Source: a virus. Taken from it: a stretch of 64,000 bases of DNA. The position numbers were made by a program, and so were the translations under genes. Of the stretch, positions 1-9,065 are shown piece by piece. The DNA lies in the IMG/VR virus record IMGVR_UViG_3300014913_000006. One strand, given 5' to 3'. How positions within the stretch are numbered: position 1 is the stretch's first letter; each line of letters begins with the position of its first letter. Under the pieces are notes generated by a model. The model had not been told where the DNA came from. It saw only the letters and a list, made by a program, of their open reading frames with translations, and searched no databases.

Positions 1-20
1 TCCAAGGCGGGAGGACGAAA

Positions 21-200
21 GTGGCAAAAACAATCTACGTGCTAATCGGGCCACAAGGGTCGGGGAAGACCCATTGGGCTATGAACGTCCTGCTTGCCCA
101 GGCGCGGACCCCAATCGTCCGGGTTTCGCAAGACAAACAAGGGGGGAGGGAGCATCATCGCCGTCGTGTTGGTCGTAATGCTCGCCATCTTTCTGGGTGA
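21..200 (+). pseudogene. Truncated P-loop kinase (AAA_33 / polynucleotide kinase-like N-terminus)
   Basis: GGAGG RBS then GTG; translates MAKTIYVLIGPQGSGKTHWA...IVRVSQD (Walker A plus PNK-like VSQD) and stops after 59 aa. Not in the ORF track. Confidence 0.65.
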
Positions 201-268
201 CCTGCTGGTCGCACTGATCATCGACAAGTGTGAGAAAAGGAATCGCAACAAAGCCAAGGGGTCGTAAG

Positions 269-598
269 ATGCACCGCAAATGGGTCACCAATGCAGATAG
301 ATCGCGGGCTCGTGAACTGCGAGATGGCATGGAGTCCCATTCGGGGAATGTGTGCCTGATTGGTCGGCCTTCAGCGGATGGCCCATGGTCTGTTGCAGAG
401 ATGGAGGGAATGAACCTCGTCGGCATCTACATGGAGATGCCGGATAGTGAAGTCAAGCCCGATCCAGACTGTCCTGATTGCAAGGGGGCTGGTGTGGTGG
501 TGCTGTTCACGTCTAGCTCTCCGTGTAGGTGTCTGTCGAGATTCGAAAAGGCCGATGAGGGGTATGATGACCTAGAGTATAACGGCTATTGGGAGTGA
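269..598 (+). CDS. Hypothetical protein with C-terminal CxxCxGxG zinc-finger-like motif
   Basis: Part of ORF 230..598; PDPDCPDCKGAG...PCRC. Confidence 0.55.
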   Translation: MHRKWVTNADRSRARELRDGMESHSGNVCLIGRPSADGPWSVAEMEGMNLVGIYMEMPDSEVKPDPDCPDCKGAGVVVLFTSSSPCRCLSRFEKADEGYDDLEYNGYWE

Positions 599-602
599 AG
601 CC

Positions 603-704
603 ATGCCGAACGGAAAGCCTGATCCTGGGCGTAAGGACTGCAACGGGACCGGACAGATAGTCTTGTTTACCTCGTCTAAGATTAGGGGTGGTCGTCGCGG
701 GTGA
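603..704 (+). pseudogene. Truncated paralog of the preceding zinc-finger segment
   Basis: MPNGKPDPGRKDCNGTGQIVLFTSS aligns with MPDSEVKPDPDCPDCKGAGVVVLFTSS of the upstream gene. Confidence 0.5.
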
Positions 705-898
705 TGATGCTCGGGAAGCCATCGATGAAGTTGTGGACGCTCTGCGTGGTTACGACTTCCGTCTGGAAAGGGTGGAAGCTACTGGGCAAGTAATGGCAAT
801 AGCGCGCAAGTTAAGACCTGTAGCTAGAACAAGTCCAACACGCCAGGAATCTCAAAGTACCACTGGGCGGTCCACCAAAGTACCTTGAGTAGTGCCCT

Positions 899-1117
899 TC
901 ATTCAGCTTCGGTGACTTCGCCGTCAGTCAGTGACTCGACGATCTTGTCAACGACGCTAGACTCAATCTCGACCTTGGCTGGTTCTTCACTGAGTTGTCT
1001 TGTGCGGATACCGCCATAGACTTCCCAGCTAGCCTCACCTGTCGTAGTGAAAGCACAACCCGTAGCCCCGACCGCCAAACAAACGGTCAACAGTAATGTC
1101 GCAAGTCTCTTGGTCAT
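899..1117 (-). CDS. Small lipoprotein
   Basis: AGGAGG RBS; basic N-terminus, hydrophobic helix and lipobox-like ATG|C; only convincing minus-strand gene. Confidence 0.7.
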   Translation of the reverse strand: MTKRLATLLLTVCLAVGATGCAFTTTGEASWEVYGGIRTRQLSEEPAKVEIESSVVDKIVESLTDGEVTEAE

Positions 1118-1140
1118 AATGACCTCCTTTTTTCTACCCT

Positions 1141-1150
1141 TTTATACACC
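1141..1150 (-). promoter_or_regulatory. GGTGTATAAA motif, candidate late promoter
   Basis: 23 nt upstream of the lipoprotein ATG; identical 10-mer at 19903..19912. Confidence 0.45.
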
Positions 1151-1243
1151 AAACAGGTATCGATTCATCCGGCCTAAAACTTCAACGAATTCGTCGTGTG
1201 TCATATCCCATTTCATGTGAATACACCGACAGGAGGGGACGAT

Positions 1244-1453
1244 ATGGTGTTAAAACGGCGTCACTTGGTAAAGTCGATAACATGGCGAGTCTGTTCCACT
1301 GCTGTTACCGTCTTGATAGCAATCGCTGTCACCCGCGATGTGAATGTTGGTCTCATTATAGGACCGATCGACCTCGTGGTTAAAGTTGTGCTGTATTATT
1401 GGCACGAAAAACAGTGGAGCAAGACTACATGGGGGATCAAAAATGGAAACTGA
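1244..1453 (+). CDS. DUF2061-family small membrane protein
   Basis: KRRHLVKSITWR...KVVLYYWHEKQW signature; AGGAGG RBS. Confidence 0.8.
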   Translation: MVLKRRHLVKSITWRVCSTAVTVLIAIAVTRDVNVGLIIGPIDLVVKVVLYYWHEKQWSKTTWGIKNGN

Positions 1454-1673
1454 TGTCATAGTCGAACACCCGACGTTCGGCACAGGAGAAATCACGGAAG
1501 TCAGCTACGACATGGGAGACCCGCTCGTCTCTGTCCAGTGGGACGATGGTCGTCGAGGCTGTTACTGGGTCGAGGAACTGGAATTCTTAGCAGTCCAGCG
1601 GCAAGAAGGAGATGACACGAAAACAGAGAATCTTGGAGAATGCGTCGAACAAACGTGGAAGTTTGGCGTATAA
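1443..1673 (+). CDS. Hypothetical protein (SH3-like, VEHPTFGTGEI)
   Basis: ORF overlapping the previous stop; HPxFGxG motif. Confidence 0.55.
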   Translation: METDVIVEHPTFGTGEITEVSYDMGDPLVSVQWDDGRRGCYWVEELEFLAVQRQEGDDTKTENLGECVEQTWKFGV

Positions 1674-1674
1674 T
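1644..1674 (+). promoter_or_regulatory. Phage promoter copy 1 (cGAACA-N17-TATAAT)
   Basis: gtcgaacaaacgtggaagtttggcgtataat; same spacing as five other copies. Confidence 0.7.
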
Positions 1675-1741
1675 GAGGTACAGGCGACTGGTTGCGTATA
1701 GCCGGTCATGAGGTTCTGTCAAAGAACAGGGAGTGATAAAG

Positions 1742-2038
1742 ATGTCAGAGACACAGCAGGTCGAATGGGGTGAGGAAGTTCGGAACGATCCAGCTTTCGA
1801 GGTGATCGAAGTCAACACCGCGACTGGTGAAACCACCATCATTGTTCAGAAGGGAATCGTTGGTGCCATGGCCAACCAGTTGAAGAACACCAGCAATCGG
1901 AGGAAGGGCGCGAGCATTCTCCGAAAGATGGGGTACGTCCTGTCTGATTGTGGCGATGTCCAGTACGGAGGCGATGTCGGCGAGACCGACCTGGACCCCA
2001 GCAAGGTCACTGACGAACTGTATGACGACGACGAATAG
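1742..2038 (+). CDS. Hypothetical acidic protein
   Basis: ORF with GGGAG RBS, downstream of the promoter and followed by a terminator. Confidence 0.65.
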   Translation: MSETQQVEWGEEVRNDPAFEVIEVNTATGETTIIVQKGIVGAMANQLKNTSNRRKGASILRKMGYVLSDCGDVQYGGDVGETDLDPSKVTDELYDDDE

Positions 2039-2063
2039 GCAAGAACGGATCATCTTTCTTACC

Positions 2064-2094
2064 GGGTCGGGCCAAAAGGCCCGACCCCTTTTTT
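2064..2094 (+). terminator. Rho-independent terminator
   Basis: Perfect 10-bp stem gggtcgggcc/ggcccgaccc, AAAA loop, T6 tract. Confidence 0.85.
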
Positions 2095-2112
2095 GCCCGC
2101 TAAGGAGAAAAC

Positions 2113-2691
2113 ATGAACACGTTAACTACAGAAGAACGACAACGCATCAGCAGTCATTTCCAAACACACGTCGATCGTAGCTCTCGGCAGGCGATGATTG
2201 AATTTCTGTCTGACCATTTTCGCTATGACACCATGAATAGTTGGAACAGAAGTACGAGCTACGCCCACTGTATCAAAATCCATCATGATCTTGGCCTTCC
2301 TGATAACATAAAGGATGTCAAGTGGGACATGGTGTTCAACAATGGGTGGACTGATCATCTTCGTGATCTGCTAGACCAGTTCGATGAGCATCATGATCAC
2401 AACTGGCAGGTCGGGACCAACGGTCGGTCTGGTGGCTACCTTGTTCTTTATCAGGGTGGCACCAAGAATGGAAAAATCGTCTGCTATCCAGGTAAGTCTA
2501 TGGATCAAAACGAGGATTTCCAGGATTGGGATATGGACCAACTTCGTGCGAAGGTTGATTTGGTCTGCGACTTCGACATGCTGGCTGCTGATATCACGAT
2601 AGATTTCGCCGACTTTTGTCGGACCTACAATGTCGTAGAGGAAACAGTCATGGTACCAAAGAAAGTCCATGTGCTGAAGAAGAAATCATGA
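2113..2691 (+). CDS. Conserved phage hypothetical protein
   Basis: AAGGAG RBS; 192 aa; FRYDTMNSWN and GTNGRSGGYLVLY motifs. Confidence 0.75.
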   Translation: MNTLTTEERQRISSHFQTHVDRSSRQAMIEFLSDHFRYDTMNSWNRSTSYAHCIKIHHDLGLPDNIKDVKWDMVFNNGWTDHLRDLLDQFDEHHDHNWQVGTNGRSGGYLVLYQGGTKNGKIVCYPGKSMDQNEDFQDWDMDQLRAKVDLVCDFDMLAADITIDFADFCRTYNVVEETVMVPKKVHVLKKKS

Positions 2692-3452
2692 TGACACATG
2701 CGGAAGCAGCAGCCAAGTTTAAGAGGTGTCGCAACAAAGAGGTGGGATACCGTCTCGGGAAAGCAACCCTACTACAAAAGAGAGGTAGGGCATTCGCCAT
2801 CAAGTTCCATGACACCGATGTCGTCATGATCCGTCCAGATGGTACGTATCGACTCCATAGTGGTAGTTGGAATACGGTAACCACCAAAGATAGGATCAAC
2901 AGGTTCTCTCCGTGTTGTCTCAGCCAAACCCATGGGATGTGGCACATCTACAGCGTACCGTTTACAGACGGGATGTTGATTGACTCTGGTGGGAAACCAA
3001 TCGACCCACCAACCTATACAATCGACGACGTGTGGAAGCTGAAGCGGCGAGTCGATAGATTGTTCAACAAGTTTGTCAAGATCGTCGCAAAGGCGGCAAG
3101 GTACCAAGATATCGGCAAGTGGCAACCCCACGGCGGTCGCAAAGTCCCCCAACCTACAACCAAACCACATCTTACCAAGTTGTGGAACGCCATCTTGGTC
3201 GAAACATCAAAGAAGGGCGAATGGGCTAATGGTCCTGGCCACTTGTTTCAATGGATTCACCTTGCAGTCAGGAATGTTGGATGGGGAAACAAACAACAAG
3301 TAATCGACCTGATCCAGAGTGACGCAATGAATGGCAACGACAGCCATTTCCTGTTGGACAGTCTCAGAGTTCTGGGTCGTCGAAGGAAGCCACATATCGT
3401 CAACATGATCCTGGCAGGGGAGTTGTCGGATGGAACAGTGCGAGTTTCCTAG
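2688..3452 (+). CDS. Phage hypothetical protein
   Basis: ATGA overlap with the previous gene; long ORF. Confidence 0.7.
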   Translation: MMTHAEAAAKFKRCRNKEVGYRLGKATLLQKRGRAFAIKFHDTDVVMIRPDGTYRLHSGSWNTVTTKDRINRFSPCCLSQTHGMWHIYSVPFTDGMLIDSGGKPIDPPTYTIDDVWKLKRRVDRLFNKFVKIVAKAARYQDIGKWQPHGGRKVPQPTTKPHLTKLWNAILVETSKKGEWANGPGHLFQWIHLAVRNVGWGNKQQVIDLIQSDAMNGNDSHFLLDSLRVLGRRRKPHIVNMILAGELSDGTVRVS

Positions 3453-3624
3453 ATGTAGAGGTTACGCCGAGTTCGGATATATCGGACGTGATGTCTGCGC
3501 CTCCCACTGGTCACAGCTTTGTGATGCCGATAGCAAGACAGAAAAGAAGCTGCTGAAGAAGATCGGCCTAGTCAGGGACAAAAGCGGTGCTGTGGTTCCG
3601 ATAACTCCCGCTGAAAAAGATTAG
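3430..3624 (+). CDS. Small Cys/His zinc-binding hypothetical protein
   Basis: CEFPRC...CASH. Confidence 0.55.
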   Translation: MEQCEFPRCRGYAEFGYIGRDVCASHWSQLCDADSKTEKKLLKKIGLVRDKSGAVVPITPAEKD

Positions 3625-3631
3625 GGTTTTC

Positions 3632-3662
3632 GTGGAACAAAAGGCTTGGTTGGATGTACAAT
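3632..3662 (+). promoter_or_regulatory. Phage promoter copy 2 (GGAACA-N17-TACAAT)
   Basis: gtggaacaaaaggcttggttggatgtacaat; ATG follows 5 nt later. Confidence 0.75.
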
Positions 3663-3667
3663 AAGGT

Positions 3668-3883
3668 ATGAACCAGAAACAAGTCATAGCCAAGTTGAGA
3701 GCGATCCTTGATCGAGCGGATGTCGAGGCCGATGGTTTGGTCAATCGGAAAATATCGTCACAGCACGAGAGCGAGGTTGAAGTCCTGTTGGAGCATATCT
3801 CGCTGTTGGTGGCCGACCTGCGATTCAACGTCACAGCCACTCGGAACGAACTGTTTGAGGTGCGTTGCCTGCTCGAAGAGTAG
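3668..3883 (+). CDS. Hypothetical coiled-coil protein, probably leaderless
   Basis: ORF starts at the expected transcription start of promoter copy 2. Confidence 0.6.
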   Translation: MNQKQVIAKLRAILDRADVEADGLVNRKISSQHESEVEVLLEHISLLVADLRFNVTATRNELFEVRCLLEE

Positions 3884-3932
3884 GGGTTGTGTGTCTCTTT
3901 TTTTGCCCACCTTGGTTTTAAGGGACAAGAAA

Positions 3933-4454
3933 ATGAATGAAATCTGGAGGAATGCCGTTGGCTACGAAGATTCTTATCAGGTTTCAAGTCTTGGAAAAAT
4001 CAAGAGGACGGTTGGCGGAAGGGGCGTGTGTGTCGCTGGTCGGATACTCAAACCACAAACCAAACCCGATGGACATCTGCATGTTCGACTTCATAAAAAT
4101 GGAATAGGAACAACTCGGCTGATTCATCAGTTGGTTCTTGAGGCGTTTGTCGGCCCATGTCCTTTGGGTGTGGAAGTGAGACATTTGGACGGGAATGGAC
4201 ACAACAACAATCTGTCTAACCTAGTTTATGGCACCAGATCAGAGAACGTGTTTGATTCCGTTAAACATGGGGGTCGGGTGAATACTAGGGATTCTGGTCA
4301 TGGACAATCCAAGCTCTCAGAAAAGGCAATACCACAGATAAGAGAAATGCTGAGAGATGGATATACGCAGAAAGAGATAGCCAAGTTGTTTGGTGTCGGA
4401 CGAACAACCATCCAAAAGATTCATAACGGCCAAAGTTGGAAACACGTTAAATAG
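3933..4454 (+). CDS. NUMOD4-HNH homing endonuclease with C-terminal HTH
   Basis: EIWRNAVGYEDSYQVSSLG (NUMOD4); VRHLDGNGHNNNLSNL (HNH). Confidence 0.9.
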   Translation: MNEIWRNAVGYEDSYQVSSLGKIKRTVGGRGVCVAGRILKPQTKPDGHLHVRLHKNGIGTTRLIHQLVLEAFVGPCPLGVEVRHLDGNGHNNNLSNLVYGTRSENVFDSVKHGGRVNTRDSGHGQSKLSEKAIPQIREMLRDGYTQKEIAKLFGVGRTTIQKIHNGQSWKHVK

Positions 4455-4464
4455 GAGAATATTG

Positions 4465-6024
4465 ATGACAGAATTCCACGAAAACATGTGTGACTACATT
4501 TGTTCTGGTCATGCACTGTTGCACGTCGATACCTTCGAGAAGGATCGTGCCATCAGTGAGATCATAGATGTAGCAGAGGCCACAGATCGAAAGGTCCATA
4601 TCTGGTCTATTGCGCAGGGGTGGACAGGCGTGAAGGGCACGTCGGTCTGCGAGGTCAAAGAGACAGCCCCGGTTGAAGATCAACTTCGGGCAATCCTCGA
4701 CTTCCCAGAGGGTGTCATTTGTGTGTTGCGTGACTTCGGTGGGTATCTGAAGCACGAAACATACCCAGGCTACGACATCGTCATCGGTTGGCTGGACGAA
4801 CTTCGCAGAATCGTGTCGTCAGTCAGGCAGACCATCGTCTTCGTCGGGCCGGATTTCAACATCCCCAAGGCGCTGCTTCACGACATCACACAGATCGACT
4901 TCAGCCTCCCCGACAACGAACAGATCGGCGAACGAATCAAGTTTGTGTGTAGCGATGTTACAAAAGCGGATGGAACAAAGTTCAAGCCCAACAAGGCTAT
5001 CATCCCACAGATCGTCGATGCATGTCGTGGCATGACTTCGCAACAGACAGTTGACAGAGTGGCGTTGGCGCTGCGTAAACACAAAGACTTGGACTCCGAC
5101 GCTGTGCGCACCATCATCAGGGAAAAGGCTGGTGTCATCCGTGCATCTGGCCTACTGACCTACATCGAACCACCGAAGGGTGGGCTGGCTAACGTTGGTG
5201 GGTACGATGCATTGAAAGAACACGTCTTGCTCGATCAGCCATGTTTCACCCAGGATGCAAGAGACTTCGGCATCGAATTCCCACGAGGTCTGATGTTGGT
5301 TGGTATTCCAGGTTGTGGGAAGACGCTGTTGTCACTGGCAATAGCATCGGAACTCGGCCTGCCTCTTGTTGCTATGGATGTGGGCAATCTGATGGACAAG
5401 TTCGTCGGTGAGTCTGAGAGCAACATGAGGGAAGCAATCAAGATGTTGGAAAGCATCTCGCCTTGCGTCTTGCAGCTTGACGAGATCGAAAAGGGTTTCG
5501 GTGGCGCTGGTGATATGGATGGTGGTGCGTCTCGTCGAGTCTTCGGCACCTTCATCAAGTGGCTCAACGACAGACAGTCTCCTGTGTACGCGGTTGCTAC
5601 TGCCAACCAAGTCCAGTCACTCCCACCTGAATTCTGTCGTAAAGGTCGTTTCGACGAAATCTATGGACTCGACCTACCCAACACGGTGGAGCGTCAGGAA
5701 ATCTTCTGTATCCATCTCTCCAAAAGGGATAGGGAACCGGGCTCTTTCGACTTGAAGGGGCTGGCAAAAGCAACAGGGGGGTACACTGGGGCTGACATCG
5801 AACAGATCATCAAGCTCGGTCTCAAGATTGCATTTGCAGCGGGTAAGCAACTCGGGCAGGAATACCTGGACCAAGCTGTTCCTGAAATCATTCCGTTGTC
5901 AAAGACGGAAGCACAACGTATCGCGGACACTAAGCAGTGGTGTGATCGCCACGCTAAGCCTGCGAATCCACCAAAGAAGAGCCCGCCACCCAAGATTGGA
6001 GGGAGGAAAGTCACACTTAGTTAG
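4465..6024 (+). CDS. Ycf46-like AAA+ ATPase
   Basis: Walker A GIPGCGKT, Walker B LQLDEIEK, LPPEFCRKGRFDE; degenerate N-terminal AAA domain typical of Ycf46. Confidence 0.88.
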   Translation: MTEFHENMCDYICSGHALLHVDTFEKDRAISEIIDVAEATDRKVHIWSIAQGWTGVKGTSVCEVKETAPVEDQLRAILDFPEGVICVLRDFGGYLKHETYPGYDIVIGWLDELRRIVSSVRQTIVFVGPDFNIPKALLHDITQIDFSLPDNEQIGERIKFVCSDVTKADGTKFKPNKAIIPQIVDACRGMTSQQTVDRVALALRKHKDLDSDAVRTIIREKAGVIRASGLLTYIEPPKGGLANVGGYDALKEHVLLDQPCFTQDARDFGIEFPRGLMLVGIPGCGKTLLSLAIASELGLPLVAMDVGNLMDKFVGESESNMREAIKMLESISPCVLQLDEIEKGFGGAGDMDGGASRRVFGTFIKWLNDRQSPVYAVATANQVQSLPPEFCRKGRFDEIYGLDLPNTVERQEIFCIHLSKRDREPGSFDLKGLAKATGGYTGADIEQIIKLGLKIAFAAGKQLGQEYLDQAVPEIIPLSKTEAQRIADTKQWCDRHAKPANPPKKSPPPKIGGRKVTLS

Positions 6025-6030
6025 GAGTGT

Positions 6031-6549
6031 GTGATGACAGGGCGATGGAAAGATATTGATAGCCACCAAGGTATATACCAAGTATCTGATCTTGGTCGTG
6101 TCAAAAGGATAATTGATGGATGGGGAACCAAGGCTGGTAAAATACTTAAACCGCGAATTAAGAGTGATCAATATCTTCAAGTTGCCCTATGGTACAACGG
6201 AAAACGAATTGATAGACCAATTCATCGATTGGTTTTAGAAGCCTTCGTTGGCCCACAACCAAAAGGAATGGAGTGTCGTCGCCCAGATGGTGCCAGACAA
6301 AATAATCATCTAACAAATTTACAATGGGGAACTCGCTCTGAAAATCAAAGAGACTCAATTCGACACAATACCAAATACCAACCACGGGGAGAACAACATG
6401 GTATGACCAAAACAACAGCAATCCAAATCAAACACGTCAAACAATTGTTGGCGAAAGGCCATACAGCAAAAGAGATTGCTGTCGTCACAGGAGTAGGCGT
6501 CCACGTCATTTATGACGCGAAGAGAAACAAAACGTGGAAACATATTTAA
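6031..6549 (+). CDS. NUMOD4-HNH homing endonuclease, active site altered
   Basis: NUMOD4 N-terminus; CRRPDG where the paralogs have RHLDG. Confidence 0.85.
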   Translation: MMTGRWKDIDSHQGIYQVSDLGRVKRIIDGWGTKAGKILKPRIKSDQYLQVALWYNGKRIDRPIHRLVLEAFVGPQPKGMECRRPDGARQNNHLTNLQWGTRSENQRDSIRHNTKYQPRGEQHGMTKTTAIQIKHVKQLLAKGHTAKEIAVVTGVGVHVIYDAKRNKTWKHI

Positions 6550-6562
6550 GGAGAACAAAGAT

Positions 6563-7573
6563 ATGAGTGTAACAACCATAAACAAATCAAAAGTAGATCG
6601 AGATACAATTAACCTCTTCGAGGTCGGCTGTCTCGTCAATCTAAAAATTCGTATGTGGAGTGCTCGCAAGATGCTCACAAGAACCGATTTGGTTCGTGTG
6701 GGCTATGATCCTAACAACTTACCAGAAGAAATTGTCAATCTAGGAAGAAAACTTTTGGTACCAAAATCTGAGTTGCAAGCACTAACTCAAATTGAACAAA
6801 GAGCAAGGAAATCGCTAGAAAGATGGTCAACACCATTTGGTATTAGTAGTTCCCACTTCGTCCCAGCAAAGATGCTGCCGACAGTCGAGCAGCAGATCGG
6901 AGGACTCAAGGAAGAGTTTTTCAAGCGGGTGGACAGCTTCATTACTCGTTTCGATGACCTGATCAGCAAGGCCAGAGACGCACACCCGGATTTCTGGGAC
7001 AAGTGTCTGAAGGGCCACTACCCGGCCAACCCCAAGGCTCTACGTGAACGGTTCCAGTTTGACTGGTTCACATTCCGAATTGCTGGGATGGGGTCTATCG
7101 AGGCGACGAGCGCCGAAGAGGTAGTCGCCCGGCAGAAGGTGCAAGACGAGAAAGAGGCTGAGTTGCGGCGTCAGATGCAGGCGGAAGTCGGTGAGTTTGT
7201 TGGCGAGTACGTGACTTCTATGCGGGATGAGACAGTACGGTTCTGTGAGCTTATGGCGGCTCGCATCAACGGTAAGCCGTATGGCGACGAGGATGACGCG
7301 AAAAAGCTCACGCCGAAATCGATCTCGTGCTTCCGCAACTACGTCGATCGCTTCAGGTCGATGAATATCTTTGGGGACGGCGAGGTTGAGAAGATGCTCG
7401 TCGAATTCAGAGAGACGTTCTTGGATTCAGGGGTCGCCCCGAAAGACTTCGAATCGGCTACAGTCAAGGGTAGTGTCACCAAGTCGCTCGAAGCTATTCG
7501 TAACAAGGCTGCTGCTGAAGGTCAGAGTGGAAGCCAGTTTATTGGCGAACTAAAACGAAAGGTGATTCTGTAA
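6563..7573 (+). CDS. DUF3150-like helical protein
   Basis: AAGGAG RBS; LVNLKIRMWSARKML...LGRKLLVPK pattern; lies next to the Ycf46-like AAA. Confidence 0.6.
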   Translation: MSVTTINKSKVDRDTINLFEVGCLVNLKIRMWSARKMLTRTDLVRVGYDPNNLPEEIVNLGRKLLVPKSELQALTQIEQRARKSLERWSTPFGISSSHFVPAKMLPTVEQQIGGLKEEFFKRVDSFITRFDDLISKARDAHPDFWDKCLKGHYPANPKALRERFQFDWFTFRIAGMGSIEATSAEEVVARQKVQDEKEAELRRQMQAEVGEFVGEYVTSMRDETVRFCELMAARINGKPYGDEDDAKKLTPKSISCFRNYVDRFRSMNIFGDGEVEKMLVEFRETFLDSGVAPKDFESATVKGSVTKSLEAIRNKAAAEGQSGSQFIGELKRKVIL

Positions 7574-8169
7574 TGAAGATAACACAATGGGAAGCCGGTG
7601 ACAATCCTCACGAAGACAGTGGTAGGATGGCTCTGGTTACAAAACAGGAGGCTCTCCAGATCATCCGAAGTCTAGTCCATCAGCTAGAGAGGCTAGACGC
7701 CGGTCTGGACCCCAACGACGTGAGGGTTGAGTTCTATCCACACGATGAGAAGTATGGATACTTCAGCATCGCTATCTCCAACGACCCCGAGGCTCTGTTC
7801 CGCAGAGAAAAGGTGGGAGATGTCGATTGTGCCTGCGGCTGTCCTGGGGATTGTTCAATGGCTGATGTCGCCAAGTGTGGCCGCTGTGGCACGAACAACC
7901 GTGTCGAAGACGACACCTTGTGTGGAGATTGTATCGATGACGACACTTGTCTAGACTGCGATGAGCGATATGAAGATTGCTGTTGCGACGATGAATATGG
8001 TGATAATGATTGCATCAACTGCGGACTCGACCCAGAAACGTGCGGTTGTTGGGATCATAGCGATGGCGATTGTCAGGATGAACTTGATCAAGAGAATGTC
8101 GCCGACACGTTCCGTCCGATGAACGCTTTCGTTCGGGCAAGGTGGCTTATGGCAAGGAGAAAGCTTTGA
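7573..8169 (+). CDS. Cys/Asp-rich metal-binding hypothetical protein
   Basis: TAATG coupling; several CxxC and CxC motifs within an acidic tract. Confidence 0.65.
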   Translation: MKITQWEAGDNPHEDSGRMALVTKQEALQIIRSLVHQLERLDAGLDPNDVRVEFYPHDEKYGYFSIAISNDPEALFRREKVGDVDCACGCPGDCSMADVAKCGRCGTNNRVEDDTLCGDCIDDDTCLDCDERYEDCCCDDEYGDNDCINCGLDPETCGCWDHSDGDCQDELDQENVADTFRPMNAFVRARWLMARRKL

Positions 8170-8255
8170 TGCTCAAACACGGTCACGCTTGTAATAATGA
8201 TACATCAGAGAAGGCTCTCACGACACCCGCAAAAAAAGAAACGGAGAAACAAAAA
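8169..8255 (+). pseudogene. Minimal HNH endonuclease remnant
   Basis: MLKHGHACNNDT|SEKALTTPAKK: the KHGH motif joined to the SAEKALTTPAK tail seen in the intact HNH at 48862. Confidence 0.6.
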
Positions 8256-8669
8256 TTGAGTCGCTACTGCACCGTAAATACGGAGTTCAAGGACGGCGAT
8301 GCCCTTGTCGACGCCCTCATGGAAACCAGCAAATGGACTGCGGCACAGATAGAGGTCCACGAGACCCCACAGAACCTATTCGGGTATCATGGTGACAAGC
8401 GTTCTCAGAAGGCACATATCATCATACGTCGCCAGCATGTGGGTGGTGCCTCCAACGACCTTGGATTTGTCAAGAGTGAGAATGGCAACTACAAGGCAAT
8501 CGTATCTGAGTACGATTCTCGCAGGTATGGCAAAGATTGGGTTGGCCGACTGACGGGAAACTATGCGTACCACAAGGTGCGAAGAGAACAGGAGGCTCGT
8601 GGTCGTCATGTTTCCAGGGAACGTTGTCCAAACGGTCGTCAACGAGTTGTGGTCACTGGCTACAGGTAG
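8256..8669 (+). CDS. DUF1257 (Ycf35-like) protein
   Basis: TTG start after GGAG; SRYCTVNTEFKD...ALVDAL...NDLGF...YKAIVSEYD. Confidence 0.75.
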   Translation: MSRYCTVNTEFKDGDALVDALMETSKWTAAQIEVHETPQNLFGYHGDKRSQKAHIIIRRQHVGGASNDLGFVKSENGNYKAIVSEYDSRRYGKDWVGRLTGNYAYHKVRREQEARGRHVSRERCPNGRQRVVVTGYR

Positions 8670-8674
8670 AAAAC

Positions 8675-9052
8675 ATGGCTCTGAAATTCATCAACGAAGA
8701 TACCGGTGTTTTGAAAACGGCGGTGTTCTGCTTCACTGGTAGGTCGCCGAAGACTCGCCCTGAGATGGAAGCTATCGCTATAAATGCTGGGGCACAAGTC
8801 TCCTCGTCCGTGAATGGACGGACAACTATCTTAGTTATAGCTGACGCAAATAGTCTGTCATCCAAAGCACAGAGCGCAAGAGATAGGGATATCGACCTAA
8901 TCAGTCCAGCACAGTTCTTTCTAATGTGCGGCTCTGCCACTGCGTCCAATGGCGATGGCCGAATCAGCCAGGTCAAGATCAGGAAACCTAAGCCGGTCAC
9001 CAAACCAACAGAGAAGAGGAAGCATTCGTCTGTTCGACGAATAGAACTATAG
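8675..9052 (+). CDS. Stand-alone BRCT domain protein
   Basis: FCFTG...TRPEME...AGAQVSSSVNGRTTILV...SSKAQSA, like the BRCT of NAD-dependent ligase. Confidence 0.85.
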   Translation: MALKFINEDTGVLKTAVFCFTGRSPKTRPEMEAIAINAGAQVSSSVNGRTTILVIADANSLSSKAQSARDRDIDLISPAQFFLMCGSATASNGDGRISQVKIRKPKPVTKPTEKRKHSSVRRIEL

Positions 9053-9065
9053 GGAATTACTGTAC

